Source: Vicinamibacteria bacterium (GTDB lineage: Bacteria; Acidobacteriota; Vicinamibacteria; Marinacidobacterales; Marinacidobacteraceae). Taken from it: a stretch of 64,000 nucleotides of DNA. Location of the stretch: contig OY821641.1 of assembly GCA_963555995.3 (NCBI GenBank), positions 2,174,867 through 2,238,866 on the forward strand, in the 5' to 3' direction. The position numbers were made by a program, and so were the translations under genes. The notes under the pieces are model-generated. The model ran no database searches. It saw only the letters and a program-made list of their open reading frames with translations, and was not told where the DNA came from. This document shows, piece after piece, positions 1-8,965 of the stretch (within the stretch, counting starts at the first letter, position 1; each line of letters opens with the position of its first letter).

Positions 1-782
1 TTGTACCACTCGCGGATCTTCGTGCGGTCGAGTCCCGGAAGCTCCGGGGCGAACACCGTGTCGAGGTCCGAGTCGGTGTAGCCGCAGATCGCCGAGAACG
101 GCTCGTCCACCGTGAGGTCAATCAGGTTGTTGAGCCCGGAGAACAGGCTGACCTTGGAGAACTTGCTGACCCCGGTGAGGAAGCTGAAGCGGAGGTGAGC
201 GTCCGCCTCCTTGACGACGCCGTAGAGCCCGCGCAGGAAGTCCCGGTTCTTCCGCGCTGTCTCGCGTCCCGCCGGGCTGCCGTTCTCGTCCGGAGGCCCC
301 GAGAACAGCGCGTCGAGGATCGGCTTGTCGTACTCGTCCACCAGCAGCGCCCCCCGCTGCCCGGTCCGCTCGTGCAGTTCACGAAGCAGCCGGTGCAACC
401 GCAACGGCGGTGCGAGGGACTCCGGCGCGATCCCCGCCTCCTTCTCGGCATCCTCCAATTGGGTGGAGACCGCTTCCGCCAGGTAGCCCTGTTCCCGGTA
501 GTTCCCGCTGCCGAAGCTGAGGCGCACCACCGGATGGCGCACCGACCAGTCCCAGCAGTCGTGGATCGCGAGGCCCCGGAAGAGCGGCTCGTTTCCCTCG
601 AACAGCTCCTTCATCGTGTCGAGCAGCAGGCTCTTGCCGAACCGCCGGGGGCGCGACAGGAAGTAGTGGCTTCCCCCTTCCACCAGCCGCCCGATCCAGC
701 GCGTCTTGTCCACGTAGTAGGAGTCCGTCTCCCGGATCTTCCGGAAGGTCTGGATACCGATGGGAAGTTGCCGCCGCCGCAC
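1..782 (-). CDS. AAA-ATPase-like protein (PF09820-type N-terminal domain), 3'-partial at window edge
   Basis: Own minus-strand translation from GTG (782-780), with an in-frame TAA two codons further upstream: MRRRQLPIGIQTFRKIRETDSYYVDKTRWIGRLVEGGSHYFLSRPRRFGKSLLLDTMKELF... The frame stays open to position 1, so it is absent from the ORF track (no stop in window). The motif block is typical of 'predicted AAA-ATPase' proteins that usually carry a C-terminal PD-(D/E)XK domain, which is not visible here. Confidence 0.7.
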   Translation of the reverse strand, partial: MRRRQLPIGIQTFRKIRETDSYYVDKTRWIGRLVEGGSHYFLSRPRRFGKSLLLDTMKELFEGNEPLFRGLAIHDCWDWSVRHPVVRLSFGSGNYREQGYLAEAVSTQLEDAEKEAGIAPESLAPPLRLHRLLRELHERTGQRGALLVDEYDKPILDALFSGPPDENGSPAGRETARKNRDFLRGLYGVVKEADAHLRFSFLTGVSKFSKVSLFSGLNNLIDLTVDEPFSAICGYTDSDLDTVFAPELPGLDRTKIREWY

Positions 783-816
783 CGGAACACCTTAGCCGAA
801 TGCCCGGCCGGCGCGC

Positions 817-1461
817 CTACGGTGGGGAAGGCGCGGGACCGGCGGCGGCGAGGCTGGCCTGGAGCTCGCGTTCCACCGCGTCGGCCACGATGCGGTACCC
901 CGCCGCCGAATAGTGGGATCCCTGGAGGTAACGGAGCGATTCCGCCGGGCGGCCCGTGGCGATGAAGGCGGCGCGGATGTCCACGACCGGCAGGCCCAGG
1001 CGCTCGAAGAGCCCGAACAGGCGCTCGCGGTGCAGGAACAGGGACCCGGGGCGGAAGGTAGGCAGATAGACCATGACGAGTTCGCCCCCCAGTCGCGGGA
1101 GGTATCCCGGGGGGAGTTCCGTGTCGTCATCCACAAAGAAGACGTAGTCGCCACGCGAGCGCTTGAGCGCCAGGTTGCGCGCGCGGGTCAACGAACGGAC
1201 CCCGAGCGGCAAGACCCGTATGTCGAGGTGACGGAACGGTCGGACCACCCGCTCGGTGCGACCGAGGTCCCCCTGCTCGACAAGGATCACCTCGTCGAAA
1301 CCGGGAGTCACCCGGGCCACGGACCTGAGGCAGCGAGCCAGGTCTTCGGGACGATTCAGCGTGGCGATGACGAGCGTGGTGACCGGCTGTCGTCCGCTCC
1401 GGGGAACCGCAGTGTCCTGCTCCTGAGGCGACAGCGAACTGTACTCGCCGGTCGGGATCAT
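817..1461 (-). CDS. Degenerate/chimeric ORF: GT2 glycosyltransferase-like N-terminal half joined to an SGNH/GDSL-hydrolase-like C-terminal tail
   Basis: This is the C-terminal 214 aa of track ORF 817..2691, starting at ATG 1461 (MIPTGEY...). The rest of that ORF is antisense to the APC permease. VTTLVIATLNRPEDLARCLRSV...DYVFFVDDDTEL resembles the GT2 start plus DxD motif. GLPVVDIRAAF...LQGSHYSAAGYRIVADAV resembles SGNH block V, but Q replaces the catalytic D. Confidence 0.45.
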   Translation of the reverse strand: MIPTGEYSSLSPQEQDTAVPRSGRQPVTTLVIATLNRPEDLARCLRSVARVTPGFDEVILVEQGDLGRTERVVRPFRHLDIRVLPLGVRSLTRARNLALKRSRGDYVFFVDDDTELPPGYLPRLGGELVMVYLPTFRPGSLFLHRERLFGLFERLGLPVVDIRAAFIATGRPAESLRYLQGSHYSAAGYRIVADAVERELQASLAAAGPAPSPP

Positions 1462-1590
1462 GGCCCTCGCGGGAGGCCAGCCGGTCGCCCGGCCGCCCGG
1501 CAGGCGGCGCGTCGCCCGGGGCGCAACCCCCACGGCGCGGCGGGCAGGCGTGGGCTGCGGCTCCCGTCCGGTTCGTGACACCCTTGTCCG

Positions 1591-2946
1591 ATGAGCGGCG
1601 CGGGAGCGGGCGACAGACTCCAGCGGCGGATGGGGCTGCTCGGGGCCACCTCGACGAACATCATCGGGATGGTCGGGATCGGTCCCTTCCTGACCATCCC
1701 GCTGATGGTGTACGCGATGGGCGGGCCGCACATCATCTGGGCGTGGCTGGTGGGCGCGCTCCTCTCGCTCGCCGACGGCCTCGTATACGCGCAGCTCGGC
1801 GCCGCGCTGCCGGGCAGCGGCGGGCCCTACATCTACCTGCGGGAGGCGTTCCGGCCGTTCGGACTGGGGCGTCTGATGGCCTTCCTGTTCCTGTTCCACA
1901 TCCTGCTGGTGGCGCCCCTCTCGCTCGCCGGCGGCGCGGTGGGCTTCGCCGACTACCTCGGCTTCTACCTCCCCGATTTGACGGGGCTCCCGCACCACCT
2001 CGCCGCCGCCGGCGTCTGCCTGCTGGTGCTGTTCCTGCTCTACCGGAACATTGATTCCGTCGAGCGCCTCTCGAAGGCAATGCTCGCGCTCGTTCTCGCC
2101 ACCACCGGCTGGGTGATCGTGGCCGGCCTCATCGAGAGCCCGGGACTTCCCTCGTTCATGCCGCCCCAGGGCTTCGACGCCGGCTTCTGGCCCGCGCTCG
2201 GCGCGGCATCCGTGATCGCGATGTACAGCTTCGGCGGCTACAACCAGGTCTGCAACATCGCGGGCGAGGTGAAGGACCCGGAGCGCAACGTGCCGCGCTC
2301 CATCCTGCTCTCGATCCTGGTGGTGGCGGTCCTCTACATCGCCATGACCACGGTGATGCTCGAACTGATCCCGTGGCAGGAAGCGGAGGCGACCCGCACC
2401 CTGGCTTCCATCTTCATCGCCCGCACGGTGGAGGACCCGGGACTCGCGCAGCTCGCCGGGTCCGTCATCACCGCGCTGATCCTCTTCGTGGCGGTGGCCT
2501 CGGTGTTCGCCTTCGCGCTCGGCTATTCGCGGATGCCCTACGCCGCCGCGCGCGACGGGCAGTTCTTCGCCATCTTCGGGAAGGTCCACCCGACCCGCGG
2601 CTTCCCCCACGTCTCCCTCGTCTGGCTGATCGCGGTCTCCATCCCCTTCTGCTTCTTCAGCCTGGGCGAACTCATCAACTGGCTCATGCAAGTCCAGATC
2701 CTGCTGCGCTTCGCCTGGCAGTGCGTCGCGGTGCTCCTGATCGCCCGCTACCGGCCGGACATCCCCCAGCCCTTCCGGATGTGGCTCTACCCGATCCCGG
2801 CGCTCCTCTCGCTCGCGCTCTGGATCGCGCTCTTCTTCACCGGGCCGCCCACCGGGGTCTGGTTCTCGCTGGGGTTCCTGGGCCTCGGCCTGGTCGCCTA
2901 CTGGGTCTTCCGGAAACGGCAGGCCGCCCTGCCCTCGTCCGACTGA
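1591..2946 (+). CDS. APC-superfamily amino acid permease
   Basis: 451-aa ORF with about 12 hydrophobic segments. The N-terminal GLLGATSTNIIGMVGIGPFLTIP...GSGGPYIYLREAF is typical of the APC family. Confidence 0.85.
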   Translation: MSGAGAGDRLQRRMGLLGATSTNIIGMVGIGPFLTIPLMVYAMGGPHIIWAWLVGALLSLADGLVYAQLGAALPGSGGPYIYLREAFRPFGLGRLMAFLFLFHILLVAPLSLAGGAVGFADYLGFYLPDLTGLPHHLAAAGVCLLVLFLLYRNIDSVERLSKAMLALVLATTGWVIVAGLIESPGLPSFMPPQGFDAGFWPALGAASVIAMYSFGGYNQVCNIAGEVKDPERNVPRSILLSILVVAVLYIAMTTVMLELIPWQEAEATRTLASIFIARTVEDPGLAQLAGSVITALILFVAVASVFAFALGYSRMPYAAARDGQFFAIFGKVHPTRGFPHVSLVWLIAVSIPFCFFSLGELINWLMQVQILLRFAWQCVAVLLIARYRPDIPQPFRMWLYPIPALLSLALWIALFFTGPPTGVWFSLGFLGLGLVAYWVFRKRQAALPSSD

Positions 2947-2982
2947 GCCCGGTTAGCGTCCGGAGGCAAGGCGGCCCGGGCG

Positions 2983-3681
2983 CTACCGCCGGACGAGCTT
3001 GCCGTCCCGGTAGAACTCCTCCCGGACGGTCCCGTTTCTCATCCGGATCGTCCAGCGGCCTTCCCGCTTGCCTTCCGCGTAGTTTCCACGGGCCGTCCCC
3101 GACCCGGGAAAGCGGTGGACAAAGGGTCCGTGTCGCTTTCCCGCCACCATCGGACCTTCCTCGATGCTTCCGCTCGCGTACGTGAACACCCAGGGCCCCT
3201 CCGCCACGCCGTCCACGTAGGAGCCTTCGGCCCGGTCTCCGTCGGCTTCACGGGACACCCAGTGACCGTGCCGACTGCCCTCGACGAAGGGTCCTTCCTC
3301 AACGCCGCCCGCACCGTCGCGAAGGATCCAGACTCCGTGTCGTTGGCCGGCGACCAACGGTCCCTCCTCCCGGCCCCCGTCGGGGAAAATGAGGACCCAG
3401 TGGCCCTCCTGTACGCCGCGGACGAAGGGGCCTTCCTCGACCTGCCCGTCGGGGCCGCGCAGGACCCACGGGCCATGGCGCTCTCCAAACTCGAAGGTTC
3501 CTTCCTCGATCCGTCCGTCGGGCCAGCGGAGCACCCAGTGGCCGTGACGTTTCCCGTCCCGAAAGGGCCCGTTCGCCTCGGCCTCCTGCGCCGTCGGGGA
3601 CGCCTCCACCCGCGCCGGTCGCCCACATACCAGGAGAACTGCCGTCAACGCGGCGGCGCCGCACGTTCTCGTGATCCGCAT
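2983..3681 (-). CDS. Secreted MORN-repeat (YwqK-like) protein
   Basis: About 8 tandem units of ~23 aa of the type G.F..G.RHG.W....DG...EG. The signal-like N-terminus is MRITRTCGAAALTAVLLVCG. The start is taken at the internal ATG 3681; the track ORF starts at 3729. Confidence 0.8.
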   Translation of the reverse strand: MRITRTCGAAALTAVLLVCGRPARVEASPTAQEAEANGPFRDGKRHGHWVLRWPDGRIEEGTFEFGERHGPWVLRGPDGQVEEGPFVRGVQEGHWVLIFPDGGREEGPLVAGQRHGVWILRDGAGGVEEGPFVEGSRHGHWVSREADGDRAEGSYVDGVAEGPWVFTYASGSIEEGPMVAGKRHGPFVHRFPGSGTARGNYAEGKREGRWTIRMRNGTVREEFYRDGKLVRR

Positions 3682-3794
3682 CGGGGATGGCCTGCACCGC
3701 AGAGTAGCAGCGGTCACACGGAGTGGCACGACCGCGTAAGTCGGCCGGTTCTTCCCGCCTGGAGGTCGGTGCTCGTATCCTTCAGCGGACTCCC

Positions 3795-4871
3795 ATGAGA
3801 ACTCCGGCCGGAAAGCGCGCGGCGGGGTTCATAGCGGTCACCCTCGCACTTCTGCTTCCCGGCGCCCCGGCGCCGGGGCAGGAGGCGTTCCGGCTCGGCG
3901 ACATCACGGCGGAACCCGGGCACGCCGTGTCCGGCCGCCTCGACGTCGCTCCCTCCGGCGGTGACGCGGGAACCTTCCTGCCCCTCACCGTCGTGCACGG
4001 GGCCCGTCCAGGCCCCGTGCTCACCCTGGTGGCGGGCATTCACGGCTCCGAATACGCGCCGATCCTGGCCATGCAGCGCCTGCGGCCGCTGCTGGACCCG
4101 GCGGAGATCACCGGGACGGTGGTCCTGGTCCACATGGCCAACCTGCCGGCGTTCCTGGGCCGGACGATCTACTTCAGCCCCGTCGACCGGAAGAACCTGA
4201 ACCGGGTGTTCCCGGGGAAGTCGGACGGCACCCTCAGCGAGCGCATCGCCTACGTCCTCACCGAGGAAGTCATCGCCCGCTCGGACTTCCTGATGGACAT
4301 CCACTCCGGAGACGGCAACGAGTGGCTCCGCCCCTCGTACACCGGCTACTACGCCGAGGCGGGGGGCGCCGAGGTGATCGAGAAGTCCCGGCGGATGGCC
4401 GTCGCGTTCGGCCTCGACCCCATCGTCGAGTTCAAGGGCGACCTGGACCCGAGCCGCGCGATCTGGTGCGGGGCCGCGGCGGTGGCGCGCGGCATCCCGT
4501 CCATCGACGTGGAGTCCGGCGAGATGGGCCTCATCGAGGACCGGACCATCGCTCCGATCGTGGACGGGGTGCTGAGCGTGATGCGCGATCTCGGGATGGC
4601 GCCGGGAGACTCCAACCCGACCGAGAACCCGCTGTTCATCCGGGAGCGCGCCTACGCGACCAGCGAACACGACGGCGTCTGGGAGCCGGATCCGCTGGTC
4701 AAGGCCGGCCAGTACGTCGCGAAGGGCGCCCGGCTGGGGCTGGTGCGGGACTTCCACGGCAACCCGCTCGCGGAGGTCCGGGCGCCGGCCGCCGGAATGA
4801 TGCTCATCCTGCTCGGGACCCCGCCGGTGAACCGCGGCGAGACGCTTGCGGTGATCGCCCAGGTGGAGTAA
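3795..4871 (+). CDS. Succinylglutamate desuccinylase/aspartoacylase-family (M14-like) zinc hydrolase, secreted
   Basis: GIHGSEYAPI...NLNRVFPG...MDIHSGD motifs. A signal peptide follows ATG 3795 (MRTPAGKRAAGFIAVTLALLLPGAPA). The track ORF starts at 3723. Confidence 0.8.
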   Translation: MRTPAGKRAAGFIAVTLALLLPGAPAPGQEAFRLGDITAEPGHAVSGRLDVAPSGGDAGTFLPLTVVHGARPGPVLTLVAGIHGSEYAPILAMQRLRPLLDPAEITGTVVLVHMANLPAFLGRTIYFSPVDRKNLNRVFPGKSDGTLSERIAYVLTEEVIARSDFLMDIHSGDGNEWLRPSYTGYYAEAGGAEVIEKSRRMAVAFGLDPIVEFKGDLDPSRAIWCGAAAVARGIPSIDVESGEMGLIEDRTIAPIVDGVLSVMRDLGMAPGDSNPTENPLFIRERAYATSEHDGVWEPDPLVKAGQYVAKGARLGLVRDFHGNPLAEVRAPAAGMMLILLGTPPVNRGETLAVIAQVE

Positions 4872-4925
4872 GCACGCGAACCCCCGCCGCGGCGGGCGCC
4901 CAAGGCGGATAGCGGTACGTGATCC

Positions 4926-6331
4926 GCGGGCCTCCGGCCCGCTGTGCTGGCTGAAACCGGCCCAGTTGCTGTGAAAATGCAGTCTCGCCAGTCCACCGAC
5001 CGCCGCAATGGCGCTGCCGGCTGGGAACGCCGGCTTCAGCCGGCACGAGCTGCGCGCCAGCGCAGCGCACGGCACGAAGCTGACCTGCACGATGGCGTTC
5101 GGCTCTCGATCCATCGCTGCGAACCGCGGCGGGACGTCCGCGAGCCTTCGGCTCGGTGTGCCGGCTGAAGCCGGCGCTCCAAGCCGTTTTCATGACCGGC
5201 GGGGTGCGCAGGAGGACCGGGCATGGGCGTTTGCTGTGAAAATGCAGTTTGGGCGAAAGCTCAACCAGCGTCCGTTGCGCCGCCGGCTGGGAGCGCCGGT
5301 CTTCAGACCGGCACGCGCTGCGCGGTAGCGCAGCGCACGGCGCCACGGCGAGCGGCGCGGTGGTGCTCTGCTCTCGGTTCATCATTGCAGACAGCGACAC
5401 GACATCTGCGGGCCTTCGGCCCGCTGTGCCGCTCTGAAGAGCGGCGCTCCCAGCCGTTCCCGCCGTTTTCATGCCCGGCGGGGTGTGCAGGAGGACCGGG
5501 CATGGGCGTTTGCTGTGAAAATGCAGTTTGGGCGAAAGCTCAACCAGCGTCCGTTGCGCCGCCGGCTGGGAGCGCCGGTCTTCAGACCGGCACGCGCTGC
5601 GCGGTAGCGCAGCGCACGGCGCCACGGCGAGCGGCGCGGTGGTGCTCTGCTCTCGGTTCATCATTGCAGACAGCGACACGACATCTGCGGGCCTTCGGCC
5701 CGCTGTGCCGCTCTGAAGAGCGGCGCTCCCAGCCGTTCCCGCCGTTTTCATGCCCGGCGGGGTGTGCAGGAGGACCGGGCATGGGCATTTGCTGTGAAAA
5801 TGCAGTTTGGGCGAAAGCTCAACCAGCGTCCGTTGCGCCGCCGGCTGGGAGCGCCGGTCTTCAGACCGGCACGCGCTGCGCGGTAGCGCAGCGCACGGCG
5901 CCACGGCGAGCGGCGCGGTGGTGCTCTGCTCTCGGTTCATCATTGCAGACAGCGACACGACATCTGCGGGCCTTCGGCCCGCTGTGCCGCTCTGAAGAGC
6001 GGCGCTCCCAGCCGTTCCCGCCGTTTTCATGCCCGGCGGGGTGTGCAGGAGGACCGGGCATGGGCATTTGCTGTGAAAATGCAGTTTGGGCGAAAGCTCA
6101 ACCAGCGTCCGTTGCGCCGCCGGCTGGGAGCGCCGGTCTTCAGACCGGCATGCGCGGTAGCGCAGCGCACGGCGCCACGGCGAGCGGCGCGGTGGTGCTC
6201 TGCTCTCGGTTCATCATTGCAGACAGCGACACGACATCTGCGGGCCTTCGGCCCGCTGTGCCGCTCTGAAGAGCGGCGCTCCCAGCCGTTCCCGCCGTTT
6301 TCATGCCCGGCGGGGTGTGCAGGAGGACCGA
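4926..6331 (+). repeat. Tandem array of 279-bp composite REP/MITE-like units: 4 near-identical copies, 1 diverged copy and a partial module
   Basis: The motif CATGGGC recurs at 5222, 5501, 5780 and 6059, an exact 279-bp period. Identical 62-aa track ORFs at 5249, 5528 and 5807 confirm the period. A diverged copy lies at about 4964-5221, with a partial module at 4926-4963. A REP-like tail (GCTCCAAGCCGGCGG) continues to about 6372. Confidence 0.9.
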
Positions 6332-6374
6332 TCATGACGGTTTCTCCCCGTGGGGGCTCCAAGCCGGCGGCGCC

Positions 6375-7712
6375 CTACTTCATCCGGCGGATGATCGGCA
6401 GTCCCCAGAAATAGAGCGCGGTGAGATCCACCCCCCGCGCGATGAGCGTGGCCCAGGACGCCGCGTAGACACCCACCATGTTCACCGGCTGGATCAGCAC
6501 CCAGAGGACGAACAGGACCGCCAGGGTCTCGATGAGGCCGGCCCAGGTGATGGCGCGGGTCTCGGTGCTCCAGACCAGCAGCGCCCGGTAGAAGGCAAGC
6601 AGCACCGAGAAGATCGGCATCGTCACCAGGATCTGGAGCGCCGGCACCGAAAGGTCCACCAGGTTCGGGGCGAGTCCCGCCACGTGCTGGAACCAGAGAC
6701 CGGAGAGCGGGGTGAGGGCCATGACGCCCTGCAGCACGCACGCCCCCGCCCCGAGGCCGAGGGCGAAGCGCACCAGCTTGTCGAACCGCTGGCGGCTTCC
6801 GTCCATGAAGGCGATGGCGACCTCCTGGAAGGAGAGGCCCATGCTCCGGAAGACGAAGGCGAGCGCCGCGACCACCGGGTAGGTCGCGAGCGATTCGAGG
6901 GCGAGGCGGGAATGCCCGAGGAACAGGTTGACCAGCGGGTGGATCGCGAGCGCGATCACCGAGCTGACCAGCAGCGGGATGTAGAAGTGGAGGATCTTCG
7001 GATTCGTCAGGGGCTCGCCGTTCCGGGGAGTCGCGAGCACCTCGCGCACGCAGTCGGCCACCATGAACCGGGTGGCGACCGCCTCGACCACCACCGCCAC
7101 CGAGAGCGCCGCCGCCCCGATGAGCGCGCCCGGTATCGAGGCGCCGAAGAGCAGCCAGGCGGTGACCGCCATCCCCGAGAGCCGGATGGTGGTCCCGTAG
7201 GCGATCCGGCGGGTGTGGCCGTGCCGCACGAGGAGCCCCTGGTAGAAGCGCCGGAAGCCGATGGCCGCCGGCCAGGGCAACAGCACCAGCAGGGCCTGCC
7301 GGCTCAGTTCGGCGACCTGCGCGTCGAGGCCCATCACCGTCTGGGCGACCCACGGATAGAGCGGCGACAAGGTCCAGACGAGCGTGAGCAGGGTCAGCCC
7401 CAGGTTCAGCGCCGCCCCGAAGCGGCGCAGCGAACGGAACGCCTCGCGGTCCTTGCAGAGCGCGGTGGAGGCGCTCAGCATCATGATGATCGGCGCCTCG
7501 AGGATCAGCGCGAAGGCGAAGGCGACCCCGAACGCCGCGAGGTTCACGGTCGCGTCGGGAAGCCGGGCTACCACCGCGGCCACCAACAGCCCTTCGACGG
7601 ACATCATGATCCAGGTGGCCGCCATCGGCAGCCACACCCAGAAGATCCGGCTGGTGGTGAGCGGCGCCCGCGGCGGGGCCGCCTCCGGGGTCTTCCCGAA
7701 CGTGGGGGTCAC
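6375..7712 (-). CDS. MOP/MATE-superfamily polytopic membrane transporter
   Basis: About 12 TM segments with MATE-like repeats. The start is proposed at GTG 7712, which gives a GTGA overlap with the hemW stop. The track ORF start at 7805 would overlap hemW by 96 nt. Confidence 0.6.
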   Translation of the reverse strand: MTPTFGKTPEAAPPRAPLTTSRIFWVWLPMAATWIMMSVEGLLVAAVVARLPDATVNLAAFGVAFAFALILEAPIIMMLSASTALCKDREAFRSLRRFGAALNLGLTLLTLVWTLSPLYPWVAQTVMGLDAQVAELSRQALLVLLPWPAAIGFRRFYQGLLVRHGHTRRIAYGTTIRLSGMAVTAWLLFGASIPGALIGAAALSVAVVVEAVATRFMVADCVREVLATPRNGEPLTNPKILHFYIPLLVSSVIALAIHPLVNLFLGHSRLALESLATYPVVAALAFVFRSMGLSFQEVAIAFMDGSRQRFDKLVRFALGLGAGACVLQGVMALTPLSGLWFQHVAGLAPNLVDLSVPALQILVTMPIFSVLLAFYRALLVWSTETRAITWAGLIETLAVLFVLWVLIQPVNMVGVYAASWATLIARGVDLTALYFWGLPIIRRMK

Positions 7713-8965
7713 GCGGCGTCCCGATCCGCGGTCAACGCGTCGAGATTCATCTCGCGGGCCAGCGCGTCGGCAACCGCCAACCCGTCGCGGGTCGGCCGGA
7801 GCCAACCCGTCATCTCGTCACCCCGGAGCTCGACGAGGCCCCGGGCCCGCCATTTCCCGAAGAGCCTCCGGTTCGCCCGCACCACCGCCTCGCCGTAGCG
7901 GGCGGAGAAGCCCCCGAGCGGGAGGCCATCCGTCGTGCGGAGGCGCAGGAACAACTCTTCGAGGGCGCGCTCGTGCGGACGCAGGGTTTCGCGTTCGGCC
8001 GTGGGTTCCTCTCCGCGAAGAATCGCTTCCTCCCAGTGTTCGAACGCCCGCCGGTTCCAGAACCGCTCCCCTCGTTCCGGCGCAAAGGAATGGGCGGATG
8101 GTCCGACTCCGAGGTACTCCACCAAACTCCAGTACTTCCGGTTGTGGCGCGAACGAAACTCGGGCGCCGGGGCGAAGTTGCACGCCTCATAGGCCGCAAA
8201 ACCGTGCTCCGCAAGGGTTTCGTGCACCGCCCGGAAGAGGGCGCTCCCGTCTCCGGAACGAGCGGTGAGGGTCTCCCCCCGCGCCCGGCGGCGTCCGAAG
8301 GGCGTTCCCGGCTCGATGGACAGCTCGTAGGCGGAGACGTGGTTCACCCCCGGCAACGCAACCAGGGCGCGGAGTTCTTCGCGCAGGGACTCCGGGGTCT
8401 GCCCCGCCGTACCGTAGATGAGATCAACCGAGATCCAGGGAATTCCAGCCTCGGCGAGCCGGGACACCGCGATCGCGGCATCCGACGCGTTGTGCGCGCG
8501 GCCGAGGAACCGCAGCCGGGACTCGTCGAGCGCCTGCACTCCGAGGCTGACGCCCCAAATCTCCTCGGCCGCCCACTGGCGGGCGCGTTCCGGGGCGTGG
8601 ACCAGATCCTCCGGGTTGGCCTCGAGGAAAAGGAACGGCGAGGGCGAAGCAAGGCCCCGCTCCACAGCCGCCGACGCCACCTCCCGGAAGAATCCGGCCG
8701 GCGCGAGCGAGGGGGTGCCGCCCCCGAAATAGACAGTGTCCGCCCCGAGCGCGGCAGCCCGGAGCTCCAACTCCGTCAGCAGCGCCTGCCGGTAGCGATC
8801 GAGGCGCTCCGATCCGGGACCCCCCAGTGGAGTCACGGCGAAATCGCAGTAGGGACAGATCCGCGAACAGAAGGGAACGTGAACGTAGAGCCCCGGAGCG
8901 GCCGGTTCCGGCGTCTCGGTGAATGGGTCAAGCGGAAGCGAGGTCGGATCCGGGCGCTCGGTCAC
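7709..8965 (-). CDS. hemW: Radical SAM heme chaperone HemW (oxygen-independent coproporphyrinogen oxidase-like)
   Basis: The radical-SAM CxxxCxxC motif is present in LYVHVPFCSRICPYCDF. The gene lies downstream of lepA, as in many bacteria. Start proposed at GTG 8965 (GTGA overlap with the lepA stop). Confidence 0.85.
   Translation of the reverse strand: MTERPDPTSLPLDPFTETPEPAAPGLYVHVPFCSRICPYCDFAVTPLGGPGSERLDRYRQALLTELELRAAALGADTVYFGGGTPSLAPAGFFREVASAAVERGLASPSPFLFLEANPEDLVHAPERARQWAAEEIWGVSLGVQALDESRLRFLGRAHNASDAAIAVSRLAEAGIPWISVDLIYGTAGQTPESLREELRALVALPGVNHVSAYELSIEPGTPFGRRRARGETLTARSGDGSALFRAVHETLAEHGFAAYEACNFAPAPEFRSRHNRKYWSLVEYLGVGPSAHSFAPERGERFWNRRAFEHWEEAILRGEEPTAERETLRPHERALEELFLRLRTTDGLPLGGFSARYGEAVVRANRRLFGKWRARGLVELRGDEMTGWLRPTRDGLAVADALAREMNLDALTADRDAA

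Noticed and set aside
4804-6269. Long repeat-containing ORFs on both strands (408 aa minus, 348 aa plus, and identical 62-68 aa ORFs) as candidate repeat proteins.
   Set aside because: They stay open only because the 279-bp period is a multiple of 3 in very GC-rich DNA. Several frames on both strands are open at once. The compositions (Cys/Arg/Ala/Pro-rich, e.g. MGVCCENAVWAKAQ...) are not protein-like. No ribosome-binding sites are present, and the same sequence occurs as non-coding intergenic elements elsewhere.
4926-6331. Possible CRISPR array, because of regularly spaced repeats.
   Set aside because: The whole 279-bp unit is repeated nearly identically. There are no unique spacers, the period is far longer than CRISPR repeat plus spacer, and no cas genes are in the window.
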